Source: a virus
Lineage: Duplodnaviria; Caudoviricetes
Direction: 5' to 3' (one strand)
Virus record (IMG/VR): IMGVR_UViG_3300014203_000012
Span: 96,001 to 160,000 of that record
Length of the DNA: 64,000 nucleotides
Position 1 is the stretch's first letter, and each line of letters opens with the position of its first letter. Below, in pieces: positions 9,838-18,713 of this stretch. The position numbers were made by a program, and so were the translations under genes. The notes beneath the pieces are model-generated. The model did not search any database and had not been told where the DNA came from. It saw only the letters and a list, made by a program, of their open reading frames with translations.

Positions 9838-10876
9838 TAATACTCCAATAGAATATGTATTATACGGCCAATTTATAAAGTATGAATCATTAAAGAATAT
9901 GGTTGCACTAGAGTTTGCAAACTCTAATGCGGAAGAAGTTAATATCTTTATAGATCTTAATCAAATGCTTTTACCAGCATTTAGATATCTTAAGATTCAA
10001 GATTATAATGTCATCAGCTCTACGATTATAAACTATTGCGCCCATATGAGAGCGTACTTCAGAACTAGACATGGGGTACAATCTAATATTATTCTAGTAT
10101 TTACACGCAATATGTCTAGTAACAACACAAAGTTTTGCGCGGAATATAACAGCCATTATAGACTGAGAATGCAATCAAATGAAAAGATTATGGAAGCAGT
10201 CTATTATAATTTAGATATTCTAAAAACCCTATGCCCATATTTACCAGATATATATCTGAAGATCGGCACTGTAGAACCTGCTGTTATGATACATGATCTT
10301 ATAACTAAAACGTTTACCGATAAGCCTAATATAGTTATATCATCATCTCAGTATGCATACCAACTACCTGCAACTACACCAAATACTGTTGTGTTTAGAA
10401 AGAAGACAACCACTAAAATGGATACTTCTTACTCATACAACATGGTTAATGCAATGAATGCTTTTATATACGAGACAAAAGGAGCAGTTGTAAATGAAGT
10501 ACTTAATACTAAAGCTATTAGTTTGCTTATGGTATTAAGTGGATTACCTAAACGTAATATAAAAAGTATATTCGATATCAGGAAAGCTATGAATATTATT
10601 CAAAGCATACCAGATACATGTTTAGGTGACATTGATGCTATGTATAGCTATATAACAACATATCTAGCTTCAACAAAAGTTAAGAGAGCTCTTTCATATG
10701 AAGAGTTTGTTAATAGATTCAAAGCTATAGATCTTTTGTATCAGCATAAGCTATATGAACTATTGCCTGAGTCTAAAGAACAATCTTACTTACAACGATT
10801 CAGAGATCCAGCTACTGTAAAGGATATAAATGATAAATATTTTAAAACAGTTCCACTGGATTTAGAAAGATTATAA
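9824..10876 (+). CDS. Divergent 5'-3' exonuclease/FEN (PIN-fold)-like protein
   Basis: IFIDLNQ near the N-terminus, IILVF strand, VEP, IVISS..YAYQL, LSG..KRNI. The layout resembles the T4 RNase H / Pol I 5' nuclease, but several acidic residues are degenerate. Confidence 0.45.
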   Translation: MIYDDNTPIEYVLYGQFIKYESLKNMVALEFANSNAEEVNIFIDLNQMLLPAFRYLKIQDYNVISSTIINYCAHMRAYFRTRHGVQSNIILVFTRNMSSNNTKFCAEYNSHYRLRMQSNEKIMEAVYYNLDILKTLCPYLPDIYLKIGTVEPAVMIHDLITKTFTDKPNIVISSSQYAYQLPATTPNTVVFRKKTTTKMDTSYSYNMVNAMNAFIYETKGAVVNEVLNTKAISLLMVLSGLPKRNIKSIFDIRKAMNIIQSIPDTCLGDIDAMYSYITTYLASTKVKRALSYEEFVNRFKAIDLLYQHKLYELLPESKEQSYLQRFRDPATVKDINDKYFKTVPLDLERL

Positions 10877-10895
10877 TCTAAAGGAGATACTATAC

Positions 10896-11360
10896 ATGGA
10901 CTATGAAGAATTTACTAAAACTGCATTCAAGTTTATTGTAAAGAGTGGAAATTATAAGAAACTTAAATATATTAGACTAAAAATTCATAAAGGTAATGCA
11001 AATATGCATGGTTTATGTTTTCGATGCACAATTATGATATTCATAGATAAGATATTGTTAGCTAAAGTTAACGATTCAGAAGATGATATAAAAGCTTATA
11101 TCATCTTCGTAATAGCTCATGAATTATCGCATTCGCTTCAAATTATAAATTCTGTACGATATGGTGATGATATGAAATATCGATATTTCATAGAAGCTTC
11201 AGCTGATCTGGATGCTTCAACTTATATAAAAGAAAATTATGAAATTCTTGAAAAGAGACTAGGGTATTTTTCTTTAGATACTATAGAAAGTATAGAAGAT
11301 AAAGCTATAGAATATTTGAAGAAATCTACTGTGAAGTACAGGATCAAACATATTAGGTAA
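10896..11360 (+). CDS. HExxH zinc metallopeptidase-like (ImmA/IrrE-like)
   Basis: IAHELSH...IEASAD. Paralog of 50950-51675. Confidence 0.65.
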   Translation: MDYEEFTKTAFKFIVKSGNYKKLKYIRLKIHKGNANMHGLCFRCTIMIFIDKILLAKVNDSEDDIKAYIIFVIAHELSHSLQIINSVRYGDDMKYRYFIEASADLDASTYIKENYEILEKRLGYFSLDTIESIEDKAIEYLKKSTVKYRIKHIR

Positions 11361-11378
11361 TAGGGCAACCTATTACCT
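11355..11378 (+). terminator. Terminator hairpin with GCAA loop
   Basis: AGGTAATAGG-gcaa-CCTATTACCT followed by a T tract. Confidence 0.75.
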
Positions 11379-11405
11379 TTTATTTTTTGTAAGGAGGAGA
11401 TAATT

Positions 11406-13760
11406 TTGGCTCAATACAAATATTATATTGAAATGAACTATATAAATGAAAAAACTAATCTAGCAATAAAACCAGAGAATATAAAGCATTTTTTTATAGA
11501 TAGTGATTATGAAAATGCACATATCGCAATGATGTATGCCGTATTGAATATCGATAAAAGCTTTTATGATGAGATTATAACTAATGCTAAAACCGCTACC
11601 ATAATCACTAATATATATAAGATTTTAACCGATGATGCAACTGAAACTAAGATACTGACCAGTTACAAAGGAGAATGCTCCTATTTCATATCTGGCGATA
11701 TTAACTACAATAAAGAGATTGATTATGCTACAACCAGTGATGATACAGCTAAGAAAGAAGACATATATAAGCAGGTTCAGATAGGTCTTATGTATAAAGA
11801 GTGTATCGACAATAATAAGCAAACAAATAACACTACTATCAAAGATACCACGATGATAAATGCAGTTGCATCATATTTAACAAAGGTTCCTCTTCTTATA
11901 GAGAACTTTACGTATAACGATAATATATCACAACTAGTAGTGCCACCTCAAGATTCTCTATTCAAAACAATAAATTTCTTCAATTCAATTAAAGTATTCT
12001 ATGACACACCATATAGGTTCTTTATAGAGCCAGGATGTACCTATCTTATAAGCAGTTCAGGTAAAGCTGTACAAAAAGCTAGTGAAAAGTATAATACGAT
12101 TATACTTAGCATCCATTCTATAATAGATGACGATGCTAATATATTAGGAATGGAAGAAGACGATACTAATAAATGTTATAGAGTTGATGTGAATGTATTA
12201 GATACTCATTATACAATAGACAATGATACTTGCAAAACTGTTAATAATATCAGCTCTATCATAAATCCTAGTAAAGAAAATTCTCTTATTGCTTTAGGTG
12301 ATATTCAAAAGGCAATGGCATCTGTAGAAAAAATACGAACTAATATACTCAACTCTATAACTGGAAAGCTGAATGTGCTAAAAACTATACCAAGTGCTAT
12401 AAACAATTCTAAAATACAAATTAATGCAAGCACAAGTAATGTATCTAAAGATACCGATGGCAGCGTAGCTTTAGTATCCCAAGCTATAGAAATAATACAA
12501 GCCATACCAGAAGAACAGCCAACACCAGTAGAAGGAGAACCAACACCAACTCCAATAAAAACAATGTCTGCTCTTGAAAAGGGTACAGTGATAGCTAAAC
12601 TAAATATAGATAAACAGAGTTTGATTACTAATACGACTAAGTTTAATAATCTTAATACGAGTTTTGCTGAATCTTCAAATAGTATGATGAATTGTATGGG
12701 GAAAACAACAACTGTAGTTCCAAGTCTACTCAATGCTATTACCGCTATAAATATTACAGATAATACTGCACAGATAAAAAGTACTGCAACCGCAACTAAA
12801 GTAGCAAATATTGCTAACCAACTTTTTACTACAACCACACTACTTCCTCATATAGATAATGGGACTGCGTTGATAACGTCAACGCAAAACATAATAGCAG
12901 ATCTAACGGCAGTTGGAGTTCCTGAATTAACTGAGACTGTAACTTCACTTCAAACTAATCTAGCTAGCACAGTATCTGAGGTGGCAAATGTAACTACTCA
13001 CCTTAATGCGTATAAAGCATTCCCAGTAGAAATGGGTTCGGTCTACGCTAATATTAGCCCATACATTAATAAATTTGATGGTCTTACTGTAAATCTTAAA
13101 CGGCAATTTACGAATCTTACAACGGATATTCAAGATACTAATACAGAGTCTAGTACTCTAAGCAGTATAATAAATGATAGCACTAGTATTTTAAACTCAT
13201 TAAAGACTAAAGGTATTAGTCTAAGCTCATTGGCTGACATATCTAAAGATATAAATTCGGTTAAAGATATATCGCAGATAGGTAAAGTTGGTGTAAGTAA
13301 ATTTAATGTAGGGTTGAATTTTAATGGTACTTCTACGATTAATGATGGTGGAACTAGAGTAATAAGAATAAACAATGATAATTCAAATAAAATAAAAAAT
13401 ATTAAAGCTAATATGGAGAATAAATCTAATAAACTTACTCTAAATAAGAACGATTTAGATACTTCAGTATTTACCATTAATAAAGAATATGTTGTAAAAA
13501 ACTATGATGCTCATTCTAATAAAGATGGTAGATTCTTATTGAATAGAAAAGTAGAAATCTTTCTTAGAGAAGATACTAAGTTTCTTCTAAATACAATGCT
13601 TGAGTTTGATAAACTTGCAGATGATAATATAGGGGCGACTAAAGCTGCTGAATTGGGGAAGAAAATTATAATCGATAAACTTAATACAATTCCAACGGCT
13701 AGCCAAATAATTAGCAATGCTACTGATATTATCAATACTATTAAAAACGCGACCAAATGA
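11406..13760 (+). CDS. Virion protein, baseplate-hub-like, with a long T/N/S-rich central insertion
   Basis: Beta-rich N-terminal ~290 aa and C-terminal ~100 aa, separated by ~350 aa of low-complexity helical sequence. AGGAGG RBS, TTG start. The hub call is inference. Confidence 0.45.
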   Translation: MAQYKYYIEMNYINEKTNLAIKPENIKHFFIDSDYENAHIAMMYAVLNIDKSFYDEIITNAKTATIITNIYKILTDDATETKILTSYKGECSYFISGDINYNKEIDYATTSDDTAKKEDIYKQVQIGLMYKECIDNNKQTNNTTIKDTTMINAVASYLTKVPLLIENFTYNDNISQLVVPPQDSLFKTINFFNSIKVFYDTPYRFFIEPGCTYLISSSGKAVQKASEKYNTIILSIHSIIDDDANILGMEEDDTNKCYRVDVNVLDTHYTIDNDTCKTVNNISSIINPSKENSLIALGDIQKAMASVEKIRTNILNSITGKLNVLKTIPSAINNSKIQINASTSNVSKDTDGSVALVSQAIEIIQAIPEEQPTPVEGEPTPTPIKTMSALEKGTVIAKLNIDKQSLITNTTKFNNLNTSFAESSNSMMNCMGKTTTVVPSLLNAITAINITDNTAQIKSTATATKVANIANQLFTTTTLLPHIDNGTALITSTQNIIADLTAVGVPELTETVTSLQTNLASTVSEVANVTTHLNAYKAFPVEMGSVYANISPYINKFDGLTVNLKRQFTNLTTDIQDTNTESSTLSSIINDSTSILNSLKTKGISLSSLADISKDINSVKDISQIGKVGVSKFNVGLNFNGTSTINDGGTRVIRINNDNSNKIKNIKANMENKSNKLTLNKNDLDTSVFTINKEYVVKNYDAHSNKDGRFLLNRKVEIFLREDTKFLLNTMLEFDKLADDNIGATKAAELGKKIIIDKLNTIPTASQIISNATDIINTIKNATK

Positions 13761-13806
13761 CACATTATACCCCAGTATACAAAGCGTATACTGGGGTATA
13801 ATGTGT
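13760..13806. terminator. Bidirectional terminator with a 21-bp perfect stem
   Basis: ACACATTATACCCCAGTATAC-aaagc-GTATACTGGGGTATAATGTGT between convergent genes. Confidence 0.85.
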
Positions 13807-15204
13807 TTATGCTTTAGGAGTGGTAGCGGTTGCAGCAGCTTTAATAGCGTCTATTCCGCCTGGAAAATTAGGATTTGCCGCAATAACTTTAGTGTTAAGC
13901 TCTGAAGTTAATTTGCTCTTTGTATTAGCATCAGTTTTAGGATCTTCTATCTGCGCAATAGTCTTCAATATTCCAGCAGGATCGTCTAATTTAAGAGCGA
14001 TTCTATGGTCAGTTCCAGTTTGAGCAACCTGAGTATCTCCGTCCTTGCCCACATGCGCACCTACATGCAATTTAATGAGTTTCATATAATCTTTATAAAT
14101 TACATGAGATGATGTCATCTTAGCAGTAACAACTGCACTTGCCGCACCATTATAAGATCCAATCTTTTTAGTAAGAACATCAAGATCTTCGGTTGCGGTT
14201 GGAACTACAGCTGGTTCTGTAGAAGTTTGAACAGATGCCATATTGCTAGATGCTTTTGTACCGCCAGTTGTTGCTGTTGTATTGGCAGCTGCATTAGGAT
14301 CGGATTTAGTCCCAATAGTCATATTTCCTCCTCCAGCCGCATCTACTTCAGAGAAGTAAGAACCAATATAATTATCTAAAGAGTATGATGCATGTATAGG
14401 TTTTCCATCAGGGCCTAATATAGGTTTTGGTGTAGTTATTTGTTGTTGATTTACAGGTTTTCCATCAGGGCCTAGCATAGGTTTTGGTGTAGTTGTGGTA
14501 TCAGTTACATTCGGTTTAACTTCTGGTTTAACTGGTGGGTTCTGAGCATCGCTTTTAGATTTCTGGATAATCGCTTGAGCATCATTAAACGTTTTACTGA
14601 GTGTATTCTTATCTTTTTCAATTGTTACTTTAATCTTATCAAAATCATGGCAGAAATTATACAGATCGGTCATGTTCAGATTGGTAAGATTAGTAGACTT
14701 CTTATCTTCTCCACCTTGGAAATATGCTACCGCAAATCCAGCGAAATCTTTTGTTGCATCTTTGTAGTCAGGAATCAATTTGCTCTTAAATGTAATATCA
14801 GCTTCATCCACAGGAATAGTATCTTTTACTGTATTGAATGGTGGAACTGATACTGAAGTCATTCGATGTATACCTGCAGCATAATCGCGCATTTCAAGAT
14901 CAACATCTTCTGGTTTCTTATTAAGAATAATATCCTTATACTGCTCAAGATATCCTTTATCTGAGTTGACTATTTTCTGGGTAAATTCAACAAACTTAGC
15001 CCATACACGGTTTAAGAATGCAATGAATTTATCCCATAGCGCTCTGATTTTATCTCCCACATCTTCATGAACCGTCCAAAGCTTTTTAGGGGAGGCAGAC
15101 TCGGATACACCGACAATACTTTTTACAAAACCATTAATCTTTTCAGTTTCAATAGCTGATTCTACCATAAACTGAAAGTATCTAGCATCTTCAGTATATG
15201 TCAT
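13807..15204 (-). CDS. Internal head protein paralog 4
   Basis: VHE|DVGDKIRALWDKFIAFLNRVWAKF amphipathic helix and a YFQGGE core shared with its paralogs. Confidence 0.65.
   Translation of the reverse strand: MTYTEDARYFQFMVESAIETEKINGFVKSIVGVSESASPKKLWTVHEDVGDKIRALWDKFIAFLNRVWAKFVEFTQKIVNSDKGYLEQYKDIILNKKPEDVDLEMRDYAAGIHRMTSVSVPPFNTVKDTIPVDEADITFKSKLIPDYKDATKDFAGFAVAYFQGGEDKKSTNLTNLNMTDLYNFCHDFDKIKVTIEKDKNTLSKTFNDAQAIIQKSKSDAQNPPVKPEVKPNVTDTTTTPKPMLGPDGKPVNQQQITTPKPILGPDGKPIHASYSLDNYIGSYFSEVDAAGGGNMTIGTKSDPNAAANTTATTGGTKASSNMASVQTSTEPAVVPTATEDLDVLTKKIGSYNGAASAVVTAKMTSSHVIYKDYMKLIKLHVGAHVGKDGDTQVAQTGTDHRIALKLDDPAGILKTIAQIEDPKTDANTKSKLTSELNTKVIAANPNFPGGIDAIKAAATATTPKA
14399..14494 (-). repeat. 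57-nt-period direct repeat (TTPKP[MI]LGPDGKP twice)
   Basis: GGTTTTCCATCAGGGCCTA..ATAGGTTTTGGTGTAGTT at 14399 and 14456. Confidence 0.85.
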
Positions 15205-16346
15205 ATCAAATCCCCCTCCCCATTTAATATATCATCGTCTAATATATCATCATCCATATCTGATACATACTCATCTGGTATATTAGAAAGATCTACTTCT
15301 TCATTCTTAGCAAGAAGTTTCTTGAATGCCCCATACATAATTTGCTTATCTTGTGTAAAGCAATCTTTAAGAGCATCCAGTTTAGCAGAGAAAGCAATAA
15401 GATGCATATTAGAAATTTCTTGAATCTCTTGAGACTTTGCTTTCATGAATAAGTCATAAATCGCAATTTTATTTGATGAAGTATCACCATCGACAATATC
15501 TTCGATACTAACTTGTTCTTTTCCATCAACAGTTTCTTTTGTAACAGTATCGAGATTTTTCTTAATGCCATTATAAAGCTTTTCAACATTATCAGCATGA
15601 CGCTGTGTCGAAGTTTTCATCTTATCATACCCAGTAAAAAATGCTAATGCTTCATTAACAATAGCAGTAGTTACTGTGATTTTAACTTTAGATGAATCAC
15701 CATCTCTAAATACTTTAAAGAGTTCATCTTTAAAGTCGGACTCATCAATATTTGACTTAGCTCCAATACATCGTTTTCTAGTTGTATCTAAATAAGAATT
15801 TGAATTCTTCTTATCTAAAAATGTATTATATGAAGCTTGTAGATCTTTTGCAGATTTAGCACTATCTGTTTTATCAATCTTAAAATCTGCAATAGAATCA
15901 CTAAAAGTCTGTAATATTTCTAAAGCAGGAACACCTTCTACAAATTTGTAATTGAATCCAGAAATATCAAATTCATGAGTAGATGTGAATTTACTTAATT
16001 CCTCTTTATGCTGTTCAATATACTTGTCTCGCATAAAAAGAGAATTGATCCTTACCCAAAACTTAGCAAGAAGTTTTTTAATAAATGTAATGATCTTACC
16101 AATAAAAGCTTTAATCCCATCGAAGAATTCAGAGAATGATTCTCTTACTACAATAGGGTCGTTGCAAGATTCATTAATATTATTATACAATCCAGCATTT
16201 AATAATGTAAAGCTTTTAGTTTGTTCAGTTAAGAAGTTCAATGTTTCAATAAAGAAAGAATCATCATTGTACGAATCTGTACTTCCAACTGGCATAATAG
16301 AAGTATGCTCATCTAATAGTGATAATGGACTAAACAGTTTACTCAT
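15201..16346 (-). CDS. Internal head protein paralog 3
   Basis: VRE|SFSEFFDGIKAFIGKIITFIKKLLAKF and FKDELFKVFRDGD. Confidence 0.7.
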   Translation of the reverse strand: MSKLFSPLSLLDEHTSIMPVGSTDSYNDDSFFIETLNFLTEQTKSFTLLNAGLYNNINESCNDPIVVRESFSEFFDGIKAFIGKIITFIKKLLAKFWVRINSLFMRDKYIEQHKEELSKFTSTHEFDISGFNYKFVEGVPALEILQTFSDSIADFKIDKTDSAKSAKDLQASYNTFLDKKNSNSYLDTTRKRCIGAKSNIDESDFKDELFKVFRDGDSSKVKITVTTAIVNEALAFFTGYDKMKTSTQRHADNVEKLYNGIKKNLDTVTKETVDGKEQVSIEDIVDGDTSSNKIAIYDLFMKAKSQEIQEISNMHLIAFSAKLDALKDCFTQDKQIMYGAFKKLLAKNEEVDLSNIPDEYVSDMDDDILDDDILNGEGDLI

Positions 16347-16372
16347 TTAACTTTCCTCCTTATATAATAAAA

Positions 16373-16398
16373 CAGGGAATACCATTTGGTATTCCCTG
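16373..16398 (-). terminator. Hairpin terminator or attenuator
   Basis: CAGGGAATACCA-tt-TGGTATTCCCTG. Confidence 0.7.
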
Positions 16399-16409
16399 CG
16401 TTATATAGA

Positions 16410-17453
16410 TTACTTGAAGTTGACAGCGCCTAAGAAATCATCTGAAGCGTTTTCATCATAATTAGTTGTCCAGCTTCCTGATTCTTTAACAGAAGCGCGG
16501 ATTACCTGAGCGGCAAATCCTTTAGCTTGGCTAACTTCATTAGAGATTGCTTGCATTTGAGCACCAACATAAGTTTGTTTAATGGCAATCATGCCTTTAA
16601 GCTGGCTTACGATAATAGGATATGCTGCAGTTTTCTTTGAAGCTGAAGATTTTTCACCTTCAGTACCAGAACCTGTTTGAGTGTCGATTGAAGTTTTGCT
16701 AGCTGCATCACAAGCTTTGATAGCAGCTTCAATACTTTTCTCTAACGCTTTATAGCTATCGGTAATAGTTTTGGAAAGTTTATCACTTCCAAGAACTTTA
16801 GCGAAATATGCTAAATCAATACCATCAACTTCAGATTTGGCACTTTCGCCATTACGGAAATATTGGAATAGCTCTTTACTGAATTCGCTTGCGGTAAAAG
16901 ATCCACCGCCAATTAATACACCACGAGCAGTTTCCATTGCCTCATCAGCTTTATCTCTACCGGCGACCAAAGCTTCAGCTTCAGCATCAGTAATATTAAC
17001 TTTTGGTAATGTATCAGTCACAAGTTTAGAATTTGAAACGTCATGGTGAGTAAACTTGTATCCAGTAAACTTGAGTTTATCTTTATCAACTTTACTGAGT
17101 TTTTCAGCTATTTCTTTCTTGTATTTATCGAAGAAAGATTTGCCGCCTTTGAATTGAGCATCGAACCGGCTCATAAAGCTATGGAAAATACCTTTAATTT
17201 TAGCGATGATACTCACGAAGAATTTCTTCACTTTTTCCCAGAAGTTGCCCATAGCACCTTCATTATAAACACATTCACCGGATTCACGAATCATTTTGTT
17301 TTCATGCAAACCAATAGCTTGCATAAGACTATTATAATTGCTTTCGCTTTCTGCTACAGCGGAAAGTGCAGCTTCATGATAATTTGAAATATATGTTGGA
17401 ACGGATTCAACTGCCAATGCAGTTGTGCTTGATCCCTCTTCAAAAAAAGCCAT
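16410..17453 (-). CDS. Internal head protein paralog 2
   Basis: YNE|GAMGNFWEKVKKFFVSIIAKIKGIF and FSKELFQYFRNGE. Confidence 0.75.
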   Translation of the reverse strand: MAFFEEGSSTTALAVESVPTYISNYHEAALSAVAESESNYNSLMQAIGLHENKMIRESGECVYNEGAMGNFWEKVKKFFVSIIAKIKGIFHSFMSRFDAQFKGGKSFFDKYKKEIAEKLSKVDKDKLKFTGYKFTHHDVSNSKLVTDTLPKVNITDAEAEALVAGRDKADEAMETARGVLIGGGSFTASEFSKELFQYFRNGESAKSEVDGIDLAYFAKVLGSDKLSKTITDSYKALEKSIEAAIKACDAASKTSIDTQTGSGTEGEKSSASKKTAAYPIIVSQLKGMIAIKQTYVGAQMQAISNEVSQAKGFAAQVIRASVKESGSWTTNYDENASDDFLGAVNFK

Positions 17454-17476
17454 TATGTTTTCCTCCTCTTTTTATA

Positions 17477-18592
17477 TTAGTTTACTGCTTCTAGAGCAGA
17501 GAGAACTTCGTATTCAGCTGCTTCCTGTTCAACTTCGATCAATGAAGTATCTTCATGTTTCTTAGGGTTGAACGCAACAATAGCTGCAGCGATACGGCGT
17601 GACTGGGCAACTGCAAATTTAATTTCAGTCAATGCAGCACTGTTTGCAATACCGAGAGCTTCTTGCATAGCAGAAACCTGTTTCTGCATACTAGTTGCAG
17701 TCTTTTGATGAGCGCCTGCATCACCAGTAAGTTTACCATTACCAGTAGGAGTTGATCCGTCAGCTCTGGTCCCGCTCATACGAGTACCAACATCATTGGC
17801 ATCATTCTTACTAGAATCGACTGCATAATCTGTAGTCTGTTTCTGGAATTTTTCAACTTGTTTTAAGCATACGCCTAATGCTTTTTCTTGAGCTGTAGCC
17901 ATCTTTCTAACTTTTTCAATAGGATCATCTTTGCCAGAAATGAAAGATACATAACTAGCAATGGAACTGCCGTTAACTTCATGACCTTGCTCTAAATCAT
18001 CAAAGCATTTTTCATGAAACTCTTTACGGAATTCTTTAGCAGAAGCTTTAACTGATGGAGTTGACATAACGCCAAGATATTGTTCTACTAAATCTGAAGT
18101 GTCAACCTCGGTTGAATTTAATGCACCTTTAAGCGCAACTTTAGCCACATCGATATTGATGTTACTAACACCAGTTGGTTTTGAGTATGATACTTTCAAG
18201 CCGGTTAGATCTTTACCGGAGAAGATTTCTTTCTTATACTTGTTATAGAAAGCGCGACCGTCTTTGTTCATCCAAGCTTCAAATTTAGCAATAAATCCAG
18301 TAAAAATACCTTTAATTTTAGCGATAATTTTTCTGATAAATGCTTTAATTTTTTCCCAGAAGCTACCTAAAGCACCTTCTTGAACTGCAAGAATTTCTGA
18401 TTCTCCGGCACCTTCACGCACCATACGGTTTTCTCTAATATCTGTTTTTAGAGCAGCTGTGAACATAGCCATGTCATTTTGAAAACCTTCAACCATTGCT
18501 AATTGAGCACCAATGGTTCCACTGTATCCCTCAGCAGCTTCTACATGTACTGTACCGAGGCTACCGATTTCGTTATCATCGAAAAAACTCAT
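17477..18592 (-). CDS. Internal head protein paralog 1
   Basis: Acidic propeptide followed by VQE|GALGSFWEKIKAFIRKIIAKIKGIF. Architecture resembles the phiKZ gp93/gp95-type inner head family. Confidence 0.75.
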   Translation of the reverse strand: MSFFDDNEIGSLGTVHVEAAEGYSGTIGAQLAMVEGFQNDMAMFTAALKTDIRENRMVREGAGESEILAVQEGALGSFWEKIKAFIRKIIAKIKGIFTGFIAKFEAWMNKDGRAFYNKYKKEIFSGKDLTGLKVSYSKPTGVSNINIDVAKVALKGALNSTEVDTSDLVEQYLGVMSTPSVKASAKEFRKEFHEKCFDDLEQGHEVNGSSIASYVSFISGKDDPIEKVRKMATAQEKALGVCLKQVEKFQKQTTDYAVDSSKNDANDVGTRMSGTRADGSTPTGNGKLTGDAGAHQKTATSMQKQVSAMQEALGIANSAALTEIKFAVAQSRRIAAAIVAFNPKKHEDTSLIEVEQEAAEYEVLSALEAVN

Positions 18593-18653
18593 TATATATT
18601 CCTCCTTAAATAATACTCATACTTTAATATATGGATAATTATCTCCATAGATT

Positions 18654-18665
18654 TATTAATATGTT
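18654..18665 (-). promoter_or_regulatory. Late-type promoter AACA-N6-TA
   Basis: Minus-strand AACATATTAATA upstream of the head-protein cluster. Confidence 0.6.
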
Positions 18666-18713
18666 TATATCTTCATTTATGCCATTTATTCTTATGCAAT
18701 AAAAAGTATAAGA

